The position numbers and the translations under genes are program-made. The notes beneath the pieces were generated by a model. That model had not been told where the DNA came from. It did not search any database and worked only from the letters and a program-made list of their open reading frames with translations. A DNA stretch of 64,000 nt from Schmidtea nova (Eukaryota): the NCBI GenBank assembly GCA_044892505.1, contig CM097883.1, positions 17,918,001-17,982,000 on the forward strand. Reading direction: 5' to 3'. Shown piece after piece: positions 38,401 through 52,720 of the stretch. Every line of letters begins with the position of its first letter. Position 1 is the first letter of the stretch.

Positions 38401-41400
38401 GAATTTACAGATCGTACACTTTAATCTTAATACGGTGTAACCCAAAAATAAAAACAGCATATGTATTTATGTATTTAGGTATTTAATCTACTTACTATAG
38501 TAAGTAGACTGTCTAATGTGGTCAGCGTTACAGACACATANNNNNNNNNNNNNNNNNNNNNNNNNNNNNNNNNNNNNNNNNNNNNNNNNNNNNNNNNNNN
38601 NNNNNNNNNNNNNNNNNNNNNNNNNNNNNNNNNNNNNNNNNNNNNNNNNNNNNNNNNNNNNNNNNNNNNNNTCATCCTAATTTTTTATTAACAAGATAAA
38701 AATAAAAAATCTAAACATGTACTTTATTTTACTATCAATTAATTAATGCGATGGACATTGTTTTTTATAATATTCATGAAATGATTTTTCGAATTTATCA
38801 ACATCTCAAATTTTAATGCTTCAATATCAACGTTCACAGTTACAATAATGCCCACGCCAATCATCAATATCTACGAATTCTCGATAACAAAGACGCGAAT
38901 ACCTTGACTACTTCAAAGGTCAAATAAGAAGCTAAAACCTTCATGGAATCCCTAACGGGGCAATTTGGTGTCTGATTCTATTCAGCACATTTGGTCGCTG
39001 ACAAAGAGAATCACGACACTAAAATAACCTTAAGAATTTGCTTTAATTAATCGATAAAAATACGTGTACAAAAGTTGTATATAAACAGCCACTTTTGTCA
39101 TTATTTCAGTCTCATTTTATGTATTTTTAAAATTCATTCAATTTTTTCAGACCTAGAACTTGGAATAAATATCGAATAATTCGATAAGAACCAATTTCAA
39201 TAATTCAGTCAAAATCTCTGGTCACGCCAGGAGCTCCTTACAAATTTCTAACAGAGCAACTTCATAGAAAACCATATTGAGAAAAATAACTGAATCTAAA
39301 AATAGATGTAGGATAATATAAATCAATACACTATCATAGAAAATTTATCCCTATAGTAAAATTCACCCAATAAACGACGAAAATTATTTTGAAAATAAAT
39401 ATTAGATAATTAACATGAAAATAAGTGATGAAATTACATAATGTCGTCAAGGATATATTACTATGACCCAGGAAATCGGCGACAGGTTCAAAAGAGGAGA
39501 CATATTTTTCAATATTTTTTTAGATTTTCTTTCTTTTTATTAATAAACCAAATAAATCCCATTGATGAAATAAAATTATTAAATGTATTTTTTTCTCTAA
39601 ATTTTAATGAAATAAGTTAAATTTTGTCTACAAGAAGCAACAATTTAAACAGTAAGAAATTCAATATCAAGATCATTTAACAAAACGTTTACCCTTCGCT
39701 TTAACTCAGCACTAATTAATAAAAATCCCCCAACCTTTTGGACTAAAAAATAATCCGAAAGATTAGGTGATTAAACCGAAATGGAGGTTTCTCTAAAGTT
39801 CAAAGTCGACTAGCCGTTATTAAAAGCGTAACGATAAAATGAGCTGAGATATGATGTGGCTAGAAAGCTTCCGAATATAATCCAGTCTAAGGTAAAAACA
39901 GAACTCGAAAAACTTGAATATAAAACGCTAAAAAACAAAATTAGAATTTCGACAACTACTCTAATAATGTTAGTCCCTTGATTTAAGGACAATCTTAGGG
40001 TCAATGTCATTTTGAGGACAATTTAAGGTTACCCAAAGTCATTTTTATATAAGGGTCAAATTAGTGATTTTCACGGTCAAATGGTGTTTAAAAGCAGTGT
40101 TAAAAACTAAAATATCTTTAAGATCAACATATGGCCAGTTTGCACCATCATTTTGAATGGCGCAATTTTATTTCTTAAAAATTTTATTATTATAATAATT
40201 AAAATACTTTCTATTTCTATTTCAATTAGCATTTAGTTTCTAAATTGAGATATTTAATTTATTTAATTAGGAGAGCGTCAGATCATATCCCTATTGTGTT
40301 ATGGTGCTGTCAATTCCCTTCAATAATATGTACACCTAATTCTGTTTTTACACGATAGATACGTTCCTAAAAAATTCGTTTAAAAAAAGATATTTGCTGA
40401 ATGGAAAAATAGTATTGAAAAAATATTGAAAAAATATTGAAAATTGTGTTTAAACAAAGCAATTCGTGTAAGAGAAAAAAAATTCTTTTTAATTCGTGTA
40501 AAAACAGAATTAGATGTATTCAGTTTTTCTAACGATGCTTAAGGGTTGTATGAACATTTTTTATTGTCACAGGTGTATTATCTCACAAAGGTCTGTATGA
40601 ATCTTGATGAGAAATTTTCTCTGATAATAATTTGAAATTTTGTCAGTTGACCGTTCATTATCGTTATTAACTGTACTTTTAAATTATATTTCTATTGCGT
40701 GATACCCTTATTTTTGAAATAATTTAGAATTTTTTGGCAATTCGTCTAAATAATGTCGAGTTAATATTACGCAATTTTTTTAACTATACCAAAACGAGAT
40801 TCAGTTATAATCTCGTTTTTGCTCTATTATCACCTTAACTGCAATAAATGAATATTATATTCTCATTATTGAAACAATGATCTTATATTATATTACTAAA
40901 TAGTACATATTTAATAAAATAGCACTGTTTCGGACTCGATACGACTCTTCGAATTGAGCCCAAACCAAATAAGGAACTCAAGAAGCTGAGTAGCCACTGA
41001 AGATCAATTTAAGCGTAGGGAGGAGATGATAATATAAATCACAAATAACAAAATGAAATTACCAATTTACTTTCTGACTGATCCCAATTACGATTCTCGA
41101 TACAAAATCCTTCTTAAGTACAATACTAGTTCAATTGGCTAATAATACAACACACTTATTGCAGAAAACTACTTTAAAAACGTTACTTTACTAAATTTCA
41201 AACGGACTTGTATAATATTCTGAGTGAAATAACCGACCAACCCACTCAAAATACGACATTAAATTATTTTAATGGACCAATACCCGCAAACTTCAGTTTT
41301 TCTATTGAGTTTTATTTTATTTTTTAAACTCATCGATTTTAATTTATTATTTGCTTTACTTATCAATTATTATAAATTGATTCTTTTCTCTGTATGCCGA

Positions 41401-43852
41401 TGGTCTCATATCTTTTTAAATTGTTTTATTTATTACTTTAACAGACTTTAGATTGTTTAAATTTCTTTCGCTTCTTCCTAATTCTTCTATATTTTTTTCA
41501 AGATTGATTGTTGTCTTAGCCCAACACATTCAAAACTCAATACTTGGTTGTGTATCAGTGAAGAAACCATGACTTCAATCACCTCGAAATATTGCTGTAA
41601 ATAGAGTTTAACTCGCATTTGAAAACCCTTCTAGAATAATTGTCTTGGTTTTTCCAGCTTTATGACTGAGTAGTGTAAATAGCCAGACACTTCTCAACAT
41701 ATTCTTTAGTTTCCGGAGGAATTGTAACACTAGATTTAGCAATAAAACTGCTGATTTCCCGACTGTGATCATTATTAATATTGAAATCATTAAAATTGAC
41801 AAAATTCTCCATAAAGGCAGACAATTCGTTGTCTATTAAAAAGGTTTTCCATAAATTATGAGTCATTATCAATTTTTAAAAAAAATTATTATATATGGAA
41901 AGTAACCATCTAATCTCTCAGACTTTGGACGGTTACTTTACTGTCCACTATAAATATTATATATGAGTCATTCCATGAAATCCGGTCTACCCTGTGAGCT
42001 TTAAATAAACTTGGGAAAAGGGGATGGGTGAGAGAATTTTTGTCTAGACACACCATGGTGTGTCTAATTATAATGCCATGGTATTTATTACAAATAATTT
42101 CAAATTTTTTTAATTTTACACAACTCTAATTTTGCCATTTTACAAATTTAAACAAAAAAACTAACTAAATTTAAATTTTAATCAAAATCACAAAAACTTA
42201 CAATACACAAAATTAATCAACTCTCAGTTCAGCTTTATTATAAATTTTCAGAGTCTAGTACAGAATACTTGATCAATTCATCAATATTTTTACGTGTTTC
42301 AATGCGATAAATTAAAATTCACTGATTTGGAGTTCTTTAAATGTCTAGGAAAATTTTCATTAAAATTATTTCCATAATAATTTCAATATATTCATGATTC
42401 TGAGCCTTAACAGTAACAATTTTTCGGACTGATGATTGTAATTAAATAAATCGAGTCTGGATTTAAAGTTGCTAATTACCATATATAAAATATTGAATTT
42501 AGAGACTTCAGACATTTTCCCATCTATAAACATAATTTGATTAGGTTTTAAGCTATTTGAAAGACTGGAGTTTGACAATCAATAGAAATTAGAGTTTGCC
42601 ACTATAGGTCAATAATTTGAATGAGTTCCGGTATTATGGAAGTAATGCCAAATTGATATAAAATAATTGGACTTATTGAGAATAGAACTGACTGTCGTGA
42701 TCTGAAGACATACAAATAGTCGAATAACCACGTCTGACGGATCAGTAGCATTTGAGTAATTCATATTCTGAAACTGCTTCAGTCGATTCACACCTTCATT
42801 TTTTATGTTTATATTATGTTGGTAACATTGTATGATCTATTTCTATGGTAACAATATAACTATTGTTTAATCAGTAGTCACCCGTCATACAGAAACGTTG
42901 GTAATGTAGTTATTGGGCGAAATACTCGCAAAAGTGAGCACTGTTAGCAGAATTATAATTGATCGAGTAATTCTTATGGGTTCAAGAGCTATCAATAGAA
43001 GATGTGCTCGATTTGATATTAGGTCTTGGATATTTTTGAGCATTTTGTCGAGTTTCGATAAACCCACATTGATCGACCCGTGGCTTTCATCGATCGTTAA
43101 TAAAACGGCACCGATATCCACAACTCCTTTCAGGCTGCTTCCAAACACTTCAAACAAATCCAGGATCTCCATATGTGCCAGAGATCGGTCTTGATGCAAA
43201 AAGAGGACAAGTTCCAATCCGGTTTTAAATATCTTTGAGTCTTGAATTCTTAATTGTCAGGAATGGAATCGTAATTAAAAGAGCGATAAAAGAAGAAGAT
43301 ATTGTCATTTACCCGGCTTTTTTGCGGTCTTTTCCACGTTGCTTTGATCGAAAATCATCTGTTGTAGAAATTCGACACAGTTACTCTTCGCAAAAATCCA
43401 AATTTCGCAATTTTCAGTATGAGAAGCTAAGAAATTCTTTCCTATAACGCTTGAATTTTTCCAACGTTTTTTTTCGAATCTTCTTATAATCGTAAGCGAT
43501 AACATTTTTTATTAACATTTTAAAGATTTCAATCGAGGTGTAAATTTAATATCTTAAAAGATTATTATGTACTCTATTTGTCAATTCAATTTCTAAAATT
43601 AAAATTTCAAAAATAATGTTGAATACAGATCGCTTCCTACGCGATCCTACTTAGAATATTTCACTCAACTGTAATCTCAGTGCCACTAGGATGAACAGTA
43701 AGACTATTATTTACCAAGTGCTTTTATTGATTTTTTGGTACATAATTTTATTTTCAATATTGCTAATTTTCTCAAATTCTCGACAACGACTTCCCAACTG
43801 AAAATTTCGAGTTGTTATGAATTGGAATATGTTTTATGATTGTAATATATCC

Positions 43853-44863
43853 AGTCTCCAGTGAAGTAGTTATTTACATATTGCAGTTTATAATGAACGT
43901 CTGCAGCGCAAATATGAACAGCAATGGGAACAAAGGTCACCGACATCTTCAACATGCTGCATGCGCATATGTACACACGCACGCACTCATACACTGAATA
44001 TGACTACTCACACCAGACTCACAACAGTGAGTCATGTTAATGAAGGATTGTCATTTTCTTAGAATATGGCTACTCGGAGAGCTTACATTCCTTCAGAAAG
44101 GCATTATTTAAGGATGTTACTTTCGTGGAAAAAGTCAGAGTGAAACTGCTGCATTGACTGGCCATCACAAAGGAACTATTAACTACTTCCTGAGGAAGCA
44201 CCGCCAGGAGCAGAAACATGTCAACAGGTAACGTTCAGGACGCCCTAAACTTCTGAGCTGAAACAGCTTGTGGTGGCTCATCGTCGGTTCCCCCTGTCCA
44301 AGTTAGAGTCCACATTTAACACTCGTGGAACTGGCCCTCTAGTGAAGTGCAGCAATCACATGACGTCAGTGAAACACCGTGCCATTCTAGAAAATGAGCT
44401 TGTTCCCTTTCTTCCAGAAATTGAGGGGCTCATTTTCCAACAGGATAATGCACCAATCCAAACTTCACATTATGAAGGAATTCTTTCTGCAGCACAGCAT
44501 CAACGTTTTGGATTGAGTTCTACAAAGCCCTGATCTGAATCCTAATGAGTTTCTGTAGGATGTCCTTGGTAGACGAGTTCACAAAAAGATTTCCATTGCC
44601 CGTAACGCCTCCGAACTGGAAACGTATCTACATGAAGAATGGTCACACATTTCCCCTGATTTCCTGGCAAAAGTGGTCGACACAATGCCTAAACGAGTGC
44701 GACTTGTTATCCAGATGAAAGGTAATATAACGAAGTACTAACTCTCTCAGCACTACAGACATTCAGTATTCGTGTGTGTTTGTGGCATTTGTTGCCATTA
44801 CTGTTCATTATAAAATACAATATGTAAATAACTGCCAGACTGGAGACTTTTGGTAGGCCGGGG
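43853..44863 (+). mobile_element. Internally deleted Tc1-like element
   Basis: Imperfect inverted repeats at 43853-43898 and 44803-44848, with the right end ...GGCCGGGG|TA. Transposase remnants lie at 44066-44741, including LIFQQDNAPI, SPDLNPNE and MPKRVRLVIQMKGNITKY*. Confidence 0.8.
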
Positions 44864-47800
44864 TATGTGAATTAGTCTTGTTCATGTTTCTGATTTATGT
44901 TTTATTGAAATTTTTAGTTGAATAAAATACAGTGTGGTTTTTACGAGTTAGCTTTTTAGGTTTCAACGAGTTCATGTCTTTCACCTGATGAATCTTCGCG
45001 TCAGATTAAACATATTAGGCGGTTCTACTCTGACTCCTCGTACCCCTTATATTTAAATAAAATCACTAACACCTAACAGAACAATTCATTGATGGATCAA
45101 AAAAAAATTATAAGTTGTCATTAATTTGCACATTTCTTTCGGACAATTCTAATGTAAAGGCAGATAGCTCAAAGAGTAATCACCTTTTTGGAGCGTTAAT
45201 TTTGAAAATAATTATTTCTTCTTTAAACTTTGTCTCTTTCAATTTCAGTATTCAAGTTATGATCTAATTCAAGTAATTGATCAAGTAATTCATATTATGA
45301 TTTTTGTTTTTTTTGTGATTTTGTAATTTAAATAATGTAATTTGTATATTCTGAGCTTAATCTATTTTCATATTATTTCTTTAATGATACATCATGACCG
45401 AAATTTTGATGATACAACGAATGAAATATTCTGTTTTTTTGAATGATAGCGAATGATANNNNNNNNNNNNNNNNNNNNNNNNNNNNNNNNNNNNNNNNNN
45501 NNNNNNNNNNNNNNNNNNNNNNNNNNNNNNNNNNNNNNNNNNNNNNNNNNNNNNNNNNNNNNNNNNNNNNNNNNNNNNNNNNNNNNNNNNNNNNNNNNNN
45601 NNNNNNNNNNNNTAATAAAAATACACACCTTGGGTGCTCTATAAAATTTGTTTAGCCTCTTGGGTGCAATATATAAAAATTATATATTTTTTATATTATA
45701 TAATTAATAATTAATAATTAATAATGTAATATTTAATTTCTTCGAGGGGTTTAATTCAAGACTAAATTTTTAAATATTTTTCCTAAATCACAATTATTAA
45801 ATCAAATAAATACATATGAACATAATACAATAATCTGTAATATATAATATTTCTTTTGGGAGGAGTTATCCTTTTAATGACTAAAATTTAAAAAATATTT
45901 TCCAAAAATCCTTCTTTTCATCAAATAAATATAAAAAACATGAAAATAAAATAAATGTAAAATCAACTGATATCCCATAAATAGTAACAACAGATGATCA
46001 ATAAAATTCTTGAAGTTAAATTAATTGTCACAAATTAGAATTGTCATCGATGCAAAGGCTATATTTATTGCTTCTAAAATTGCATGCAGTTTTTTATTGT
46101 GATGATGTTTATTCTTATTTTGTTAATTTTTATTAAAGTAGCCACATTTTGGTTTACTTCTAACAATTCGCATGAGTCGTCATAATTAGCTTCCAAACCT
46201 TTTGTAAATGGCTTTTTAATTAATATGTAATCGGTGGTTAGAACTATTTTACCACCTGTTTCGGAGTTTTCAACTATTAGTTCCACCGAGGGGTGAGAGT
46301 CCCATATTTCACTATATGACATCTGGTCACTTTATAATGTTTAATTAAAACTGGCTTATATTATTACTAAAGATTAAATATGATGATAAACACTTGAACC
46401 TATCAAAACTACTTATCTTAATAAGTAACTAATCCTTGTATTTTTCAAAGTATTACTGACGTACGGTGCTATTTATGTATCGAATATTTTAAGTTCAAAA
46501 TAATTTATTATGCTGACAAAAATTGGGGAACTTGCTGTATACTTTAAACAAGAAAATTTCAAATTGGGGAAGAACTGGAAACGAAATGTGATTATACGTA
46601 TATAATTGAAGTCGAAAGGAAAAAGAATATGAAATCATTAGAATTATTTGTAAGGAAAAACGAGGATATTGAGAACTTTGTGTATTCTAAGGAGCAATCA
46701 ATATTATAAAAGGAAATGTAATAATATGAAAGAAAAAGTCAAACAAATCTACTTGGAAAGTTACAAAGGAAGACAAAAGAACGAGAACTGCAAATGAAAT
46801 CGCTTGGTCAGCATTGAAATGCCGAATAAAAATTTTAACTACTCTGACAATAGGAAGAACTAAATATTGGTGGATTTTTGGACAGTTCTTACATGGAATT
46901 TCTATGGTAACGAATTTGCTAAGTAGTCATTAGATAGAATTCTCTCGCCTCCTCCACCGTTCATGTGTCAGTTTTATCTCCTTTTCCTACCCTTTTACAG
47001 ACAACCCCACCAATCGCTAGAGTGCGCGCCTATGCGATGATTAATTCGAGGCAACACGCATGCATTTTCCAATAAAAATTATGTAACTACTTTTTGTAAA
47101 AATTTTTTAAGATTATTGACGAGACATTCTCAGACAATTAAATCATCGAATCAGGTTATTTTTACTTGCTGCCTGTGTGTATGTTTACGTCGTATACTGA
47201 TTAAATTACTTATTTAAAACAAAGGTAATTTTTATTTTATTTTACTTCATTTTTTATTTTAAAATCAATTATGATATTTTCGTATGTAAATATATACCAT
47301 AATTGTTTTCTTTTATTCAACCGATATGATGGGTTTTAGTTTTGCTACGATAAACTTAGCAATGGGTATTTAATTTACTAATTATAAATTAATCCTATTT
47401 AATTTTATGTGGATGCTTGCAACTTCATGATTCCATTTAAAATTGATTTAATATTTCTTCGAAATATCATATATTACTTTGTTTTACTTGTATCATCGTA
47501 TCATAGCGGATTTTAAATAAAATTATTGTGGTGCTTGTGTATTTTCGACGCATTTAAAGAAATCAGAAATTTAAATTCTGTCAACCCTGCCATGTTAAAT
47601 ACTGAAAGTTATTTTTCTGAAGGAATTACAATAAAAATTTATTGAAAAGAAAATATCTACTAAAATTATATAAGTAAAAATATTTGTGTATTAAAGGAAT
47701 AAATAAATGTCCTAAAATACAAATAGAAAGGTGTGGATGGCAGTCTTATATTTAATGAATATCTTCAATATATTGTTGTTTACATAAAAAATGGTAACAA

Positions 47801-48980
47801 TAAAACTATTATTTATTCAGTAGTTACTCGTCATAAGCAACATTTGTAATGTAACTATTGGGCAAAATACTCGTAAAAAGTGAACACTGTTACCGGTACT
47901 ATAAACGATCGAGTAACTCTGTGGGTTCAAGAAATATCAAAAGAAGATATGTGCTTGTTTCGATTTTCGGTCCCTTTTTTTAAAATAATGCTTTAACATT
48001 CTGTTCTTTAACATTCGTTTTACCCAAGACACTAACCCAAATTGGAATGAAATTGTTTTATAGAACAAATAATAAATGCACTAATGATCAAATAATTATT
48101 TATAGTGCTATTACTATCTTTTTATCAATCCTTTGTACTAATTTTGTAGATTTTATTGATTTAGTAGATTTTACTACTGTAAACTAAACTCTTTAAATTA
48201 CTTTTTAACTCAGAAATAAAGACAGGATGGAGCATAAATTCATCAATAACAATTCTAGTTTAGAATTTTAAGCTTTCATTCAAGTGGTTTACAAGGTTTA
48301 CCTTAATTTTATCTTGGTGGGAAAGAAGTGAATTTTGTAAATATTATTCAAGAGTTTATTTTGATACTAATCGCGACATACGATAATTTTCAGTAATATA
48401 TAGTGGCCTATTTTAACGGCTTCATTTTTATTATAGAAGCCGCGCGCTTGGGTTAACAGCGAGTTTATTATCAAACATTGTTATTGATTTCTTTATGCTT
48501 TAGGTTTTTAGATTACATGAACTCAATATTGGAATTTATTGTGATTAGTGTATTCAATTTAATTCAGATTCTCTTACTGAGATATTATTTGAAATGAGTG
48601 TTAGTATTGATTTTTTTGCCCATAGTTAACTAATCTTATGACTGACCGGTGCAGAATATAACAGAAGAGAAAAACAATCAAACTGACATTGTATGATCAT
48701 AATGTCGTTTCTCAAAAAAATTTTTAAGAGGGGATGCGCCTCTGAATTATAACTGTTGAGAGACGTTGTTTTATTTTACTATTGTTAAAATTTTCGGAAA
48801 GATTACTGAATTCTTCGCGAAAATTTCTCCATATTTTCAAGAGTGTTAGAATTAATGAAAATGGAATCTCTATTTTTACCATTTTCACAGCATTTAATTA
48901 AATTGATGCAGTAAAACAAAATCTTCTAGAATACTTTTTTAAAATTTAGAAAATATTTTATTTTTGTAAAAATAATTGAT

Positions 48981-49660
48981 TTTTACGTAAAATTTTATTA
49001 TTGATTTTTTAATAAATTTTATTTTAATTTTTTTATTTATATACTTTAATTATAATTTAATTTTACGTCTTCCATATTTATACTATAAAAATTAAGACAA
49101 TTAACTATAGAATTCTTTAAATTTTTCTATTCTATTTTTTTGATAATTTGCTATGATTATGTTTTTTCGTGTTTACTTCTTGTTCTTGTTCAATTAAAAT
49201 TTTACTTGTGTTTCTAATTACTTTTGGTTATTTGGTGTTTGCTCAGATATTTGATAATACGTCTTATGCGGCCTAGGTATGATATGTTATCACTCGCTGT
49301 CAAATCAATTAAATTCAGTTTTTTACGTAAAATTTTATTATTTATTTTTAAATAAATTTTATTTTAATTTTTTTATTTATATACTTTAATTATAATTTAA
49401 TTTTACGTCTTCCATATTTATACTTTAAAAATTAAGACAATTAACTATAGAATTCTTTAAATTTTTCTATTCTATTTTTTTGATAATTTGCTATGATTAT
49501 GTTTTTTCGTGTTTACTTCTTGTTCTTGTTCAATTAAAATTTTACTTGTGTTTCTAATTACTTTTGGTTATTTGGTGTTTGCTCAGATATTTGATAATAC
49601 GTCTTATGCGGCCTAGGTATGATATGTTATCACTCGCTGTCAAATCAATTGAATTCAGTT
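48981..49660. repeat. Near-identical tandem duplication, 2 x 340 bp
   Basis: TTTTACGTAAAATTTTATTATT starts at both 48981 and 49321, and the units match to their ends. Confidence 0.9.
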
Positions 49661-50192
49661 TTTGCCTAACAATATCAATGACGAAATGGTGAAAAATGAG
49701 AAAAGTTTTTATTACTAGTCTTCACACTCATGAATGAAAGAATATAGCAACATTGCTCTACGATTTATTTCACCTAAAATGACAGCACGTGTTCAACCCA
49801 TGGATTTGGGAATTATAAGATCATTTGAATAAACAACTGAAAAAAATGTTAATACGTTACTTTAGATAATACGTTAATAAATACGTTACTTAGAAGATCC
49901 CGATTCAAATTCTTGTTTTATTACTTTAAATAGGTATTTCGATACTGAATATTCAACAGTATCTTTTATACGTTCAAACTAGAAATTATATAATTTGTAC
50001 ACACACGCTGTGGTAAATTTTAATTTGCTATTGGTTGGACATCACGCTGCTGACCTTGTAAAAATACTAACGCAATTTTTAAGAATTGATTATATTAAAG
50101 GAAAATTAACTCTTAGTAAATTATTTTTTTAGAATTAATATATACAGTTGATTTGACTTGTCTATGGAAGGACAGAGCAAAAGGAATACAGA

Positions 50193-50883
50193 ATGGATAA
50201 GGGAACCTCACAGTGTATATATGAGCAAAATGATTTCTGGGTGTCAGTTGGACATTTTACTGAAGGAAAATTATCGTCTTCTGAGTTACAAACACCCGAA
50301 GATGACGGAGCATGCACACGCAGCAAGGTTACAAGGAGTGATATATCTCCCGATGTGTCTGAGAGCGTGTTGCCCGTTATGCGAATTGTTGAAGAGAATA
50401 CTGGAGTACTTAGACAATCTGATATTTGTTCGACACTCGAGCGAAATAATACAGCAGAACGACATGATAATTCTAGCAGTGGTGATAACGAAGCTAACAG
50501 ATTACATGTTAATGAACAGTCGATGCAAGAAGATCTAACTCGTTCAGTTTTGCTTGTACTAGAAGAAAGTTTATTGAGTTGGAAACTCGAATACGCGAGC
50601 TGGCTCAAGATATACAATTCTCGCGATATCTGGTCGGCTAGGAAGAGGAAGGCGCAGATGGATTCAAACATTTGCAATGCTATTGGGAGGTAGTGAATTT
50701 TTAAATTAATTTTGTATAATCAATTTGAATTTTCACTTTAGATACACAACAATATGTCGGTATAGGCCTTTTGGGCGAAAACAGGCATACCCTACGTACG
50801 CAGAATCACTGGCCCTGAACGACGAGGTGCCATGGAATACGCAACCAAGTCCGAAACCAGAGACCCCGACGGAATCAGATTAA
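50193..50883 (+). CDS. Orphan two-exon ORF, 212 aa (intron 50690-50741)
   Basis: Splicing GTAGTG...CACTTTAG (52 nt) removes the TAG and keeps the frame open for 47 more codons (…NAIGRYTTICRYRPFGRKQAY…ESD*). Contains a basic RKRK motif. Confidence 0.5.
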
Positions 50884-51120
50884 GTATAGAAAAAATGTTC
50901 CGATAAAATGAATTTAATAGAAGTTATTAAATTTATTAGATGAGCATGGAATTTAGTCGTCTATATCATAATTAGAAATTGTTTTCGTAAGCAGACATTA
51001 AAGATGAAAAATCGAGTTAGAAGAGAATTCAAAACTTATGATTGCACGAAAAAGTATTTTTAATACACAAGATAATTTGGAGACAGTCAATGAAGTAACA
51101 TGTGATGTTTTTCTGATAAT

Positions 51121-51970
51121 CAGAGCCGGATGGTACTATTTTGGCGCCTGGAGCAAACTTCTTGAAAAGGCGCCTATATTGTTAAAGTCAAATTTTAAAT
51201 AAAAACATACACTTTCTAATGAACTATTTATATATTTTTAGATTATTGTACAGTACAAAAAATAAATGATTTAATTAATTAATGGTACCCTGCGGACTTT
51301 AATTTCTGCAAAATCTTTTATTAAGACATCATAATCCAAAGACTCTGCGATGGCGCTTTCAATGGACATCAAAGACAAACCTACTAACCTTTCTTGTCCC
51401 ATTGATGATCTTAAATAATTTTTAATTATTTTCAATTTAGAGAAACTACGTTCGCCAGAAGCAACCGATACAGGTAAAGTTAGCAAGATCCTTAAAGAAA
51501 CGCATAAATTCGGAAATATAGTAGTCATATTATTCTTGGCTAAATAATTAAGTATTTCTATTGGGTCAGATCAGATTAAGAACAAAATGAAAATATTATT
51601 TGGTTTTTCCAATATTTTTGTAAAGCAACGCTTACTATGAATAAATTCGAAATTTCTGTTAAAAAGTCTAAATTTGATTTTTCGCCAATAAAGAGACAGT
51701 TTCAAAGCAATGTGAAAAATTTGAATTTTGTTCAATAAAAATTTAACATTATTGTAATAATATATATATATATAGAGGAAAAGCGCTCAAAAATGCAAAT
51801 TTATCAAAATATAGATTATTATGTAGAAATACGTGTTATAATAACAGTCAGTATGATAGTTTTGTTGAGAATAATTATTCTTCAATTTGATCGAAAAGGC
51901 GCCTTTTTTTCAGTGTGATTCTGGCGCCTGGTGCGGTCGCTCCCTCGCTCCACCCATAGATCCGGCCCTG
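51121..51970 (-). mobile_element. Non-autonomous hAT element (850 bp) with 8-bp TSD
   Basis: TIRs CAG(A/G)GCCGGAT, with a perfect TSD CTGATAAT at 51113-51120 and 51971-51978. Retains only the hAT dimerisation domain (51271-51528, PVSVASGERSFSKLKIIKNYLRSSMGQERL). Confidence 0.92.
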
Positions 51971-52308
51971 CTGATAATTCAAGGTGTTATTCTTTTTTTC
52001 AACTAGTGTCATATCAAGCACTGTTGAACAACCGATGATGATATTTAATAAATTATGTCCTTATAATTTGTGTAGTCATCTGTGATAATCAATTAAGATT
52101 TATATTTTCTAAAAATCGTTATTTTGTTGGTCAAAGAAGGTGCGCTTTGAGTAAGATAATTAATTATAATTTTATACTTCACCAGCAACCCAAAACTATC
52201 ATGAGTAGCTGCAGTGTTCCGCAAGTAAACAAATATATAGTCAAGATAAATTGACACTCGCTAGGAGGATGAAATTGACGAAATTTGATAATTATCATCC
52301 AGAGTAAC

Positions 52309-52720
52309 CAGTGGCGTATGGTGACACGAGTGGTAGCATAGGTGACACCCGGCAGATATTATTGATGTCACCCCCCGAAACGTTTAAATCAAAATTATGA
52401 AAAAGAAAAAAATCAGGTAAGCGTGAAGTATGATTTTAATACAACAATTTTAAAAAAAATTTGAAAAATTATAAGTCATTGATCATCAAATAACAAAACT
52501 ATCAATCAAATATCATAAAAACATAATGAAGAAACTTGCAAAAAGTTTTAATTTAAAAATATTTCAAGTATTATAATCTCGTTTCTAGCTTTGATAGCTG
52601 CAAACTCGGAAATAACATCTTCAAAATTAATACTTTGTTTTGTCTCATGTTCGATCGTTAACATTGCAAGATTTTTTTGCCTCGAGTTACTCTGAGTAAG
52701 AGGCAGATGCTGTATAGTTT
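52309..52720 (-). mobile_element. hAT 3'-end relic
   Basis: CAGTGGCGTA terminus at 52309. The minus-strand frame NLAMLTIEHE...INFEDVISEFAAIKAR is an hAT C-terminus. Confidence 0.55.

Noticed and set aside
39790-40010. Weak reverse-transcriptase-like frame (IMLVP…DNLRV)
   Set aside because: It is too degenerate to call by eye.
43629-43680. ATCGCTTC start resembling U2 snRNA
   Set aside because: The match ends after 8 nt and there is no GTAGTA branch-point recognition sequence.
44975-45020. CTGATGA followed by a small hairpin, hammerhead-ribozyme-like
   Set aside because: GAAA is replaced by TAAA, and stems I and III cannot be formed.
7115-45655. ORF-track entries made of X runs or IY/YI repeats (for example 7115, 12928, 26990, 30211, 37704, 38475, 45381)
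   Set aside because: They are artefacts of N-gaps and (AT)n microsatellites.
50760-50900. AMEYATKSETRDP frame resembling rolling-circle Rep motif III
   Set aside because: Motifs I and II are not in a consistent frame or spacing, and a different frame is the one kept open by the intron.
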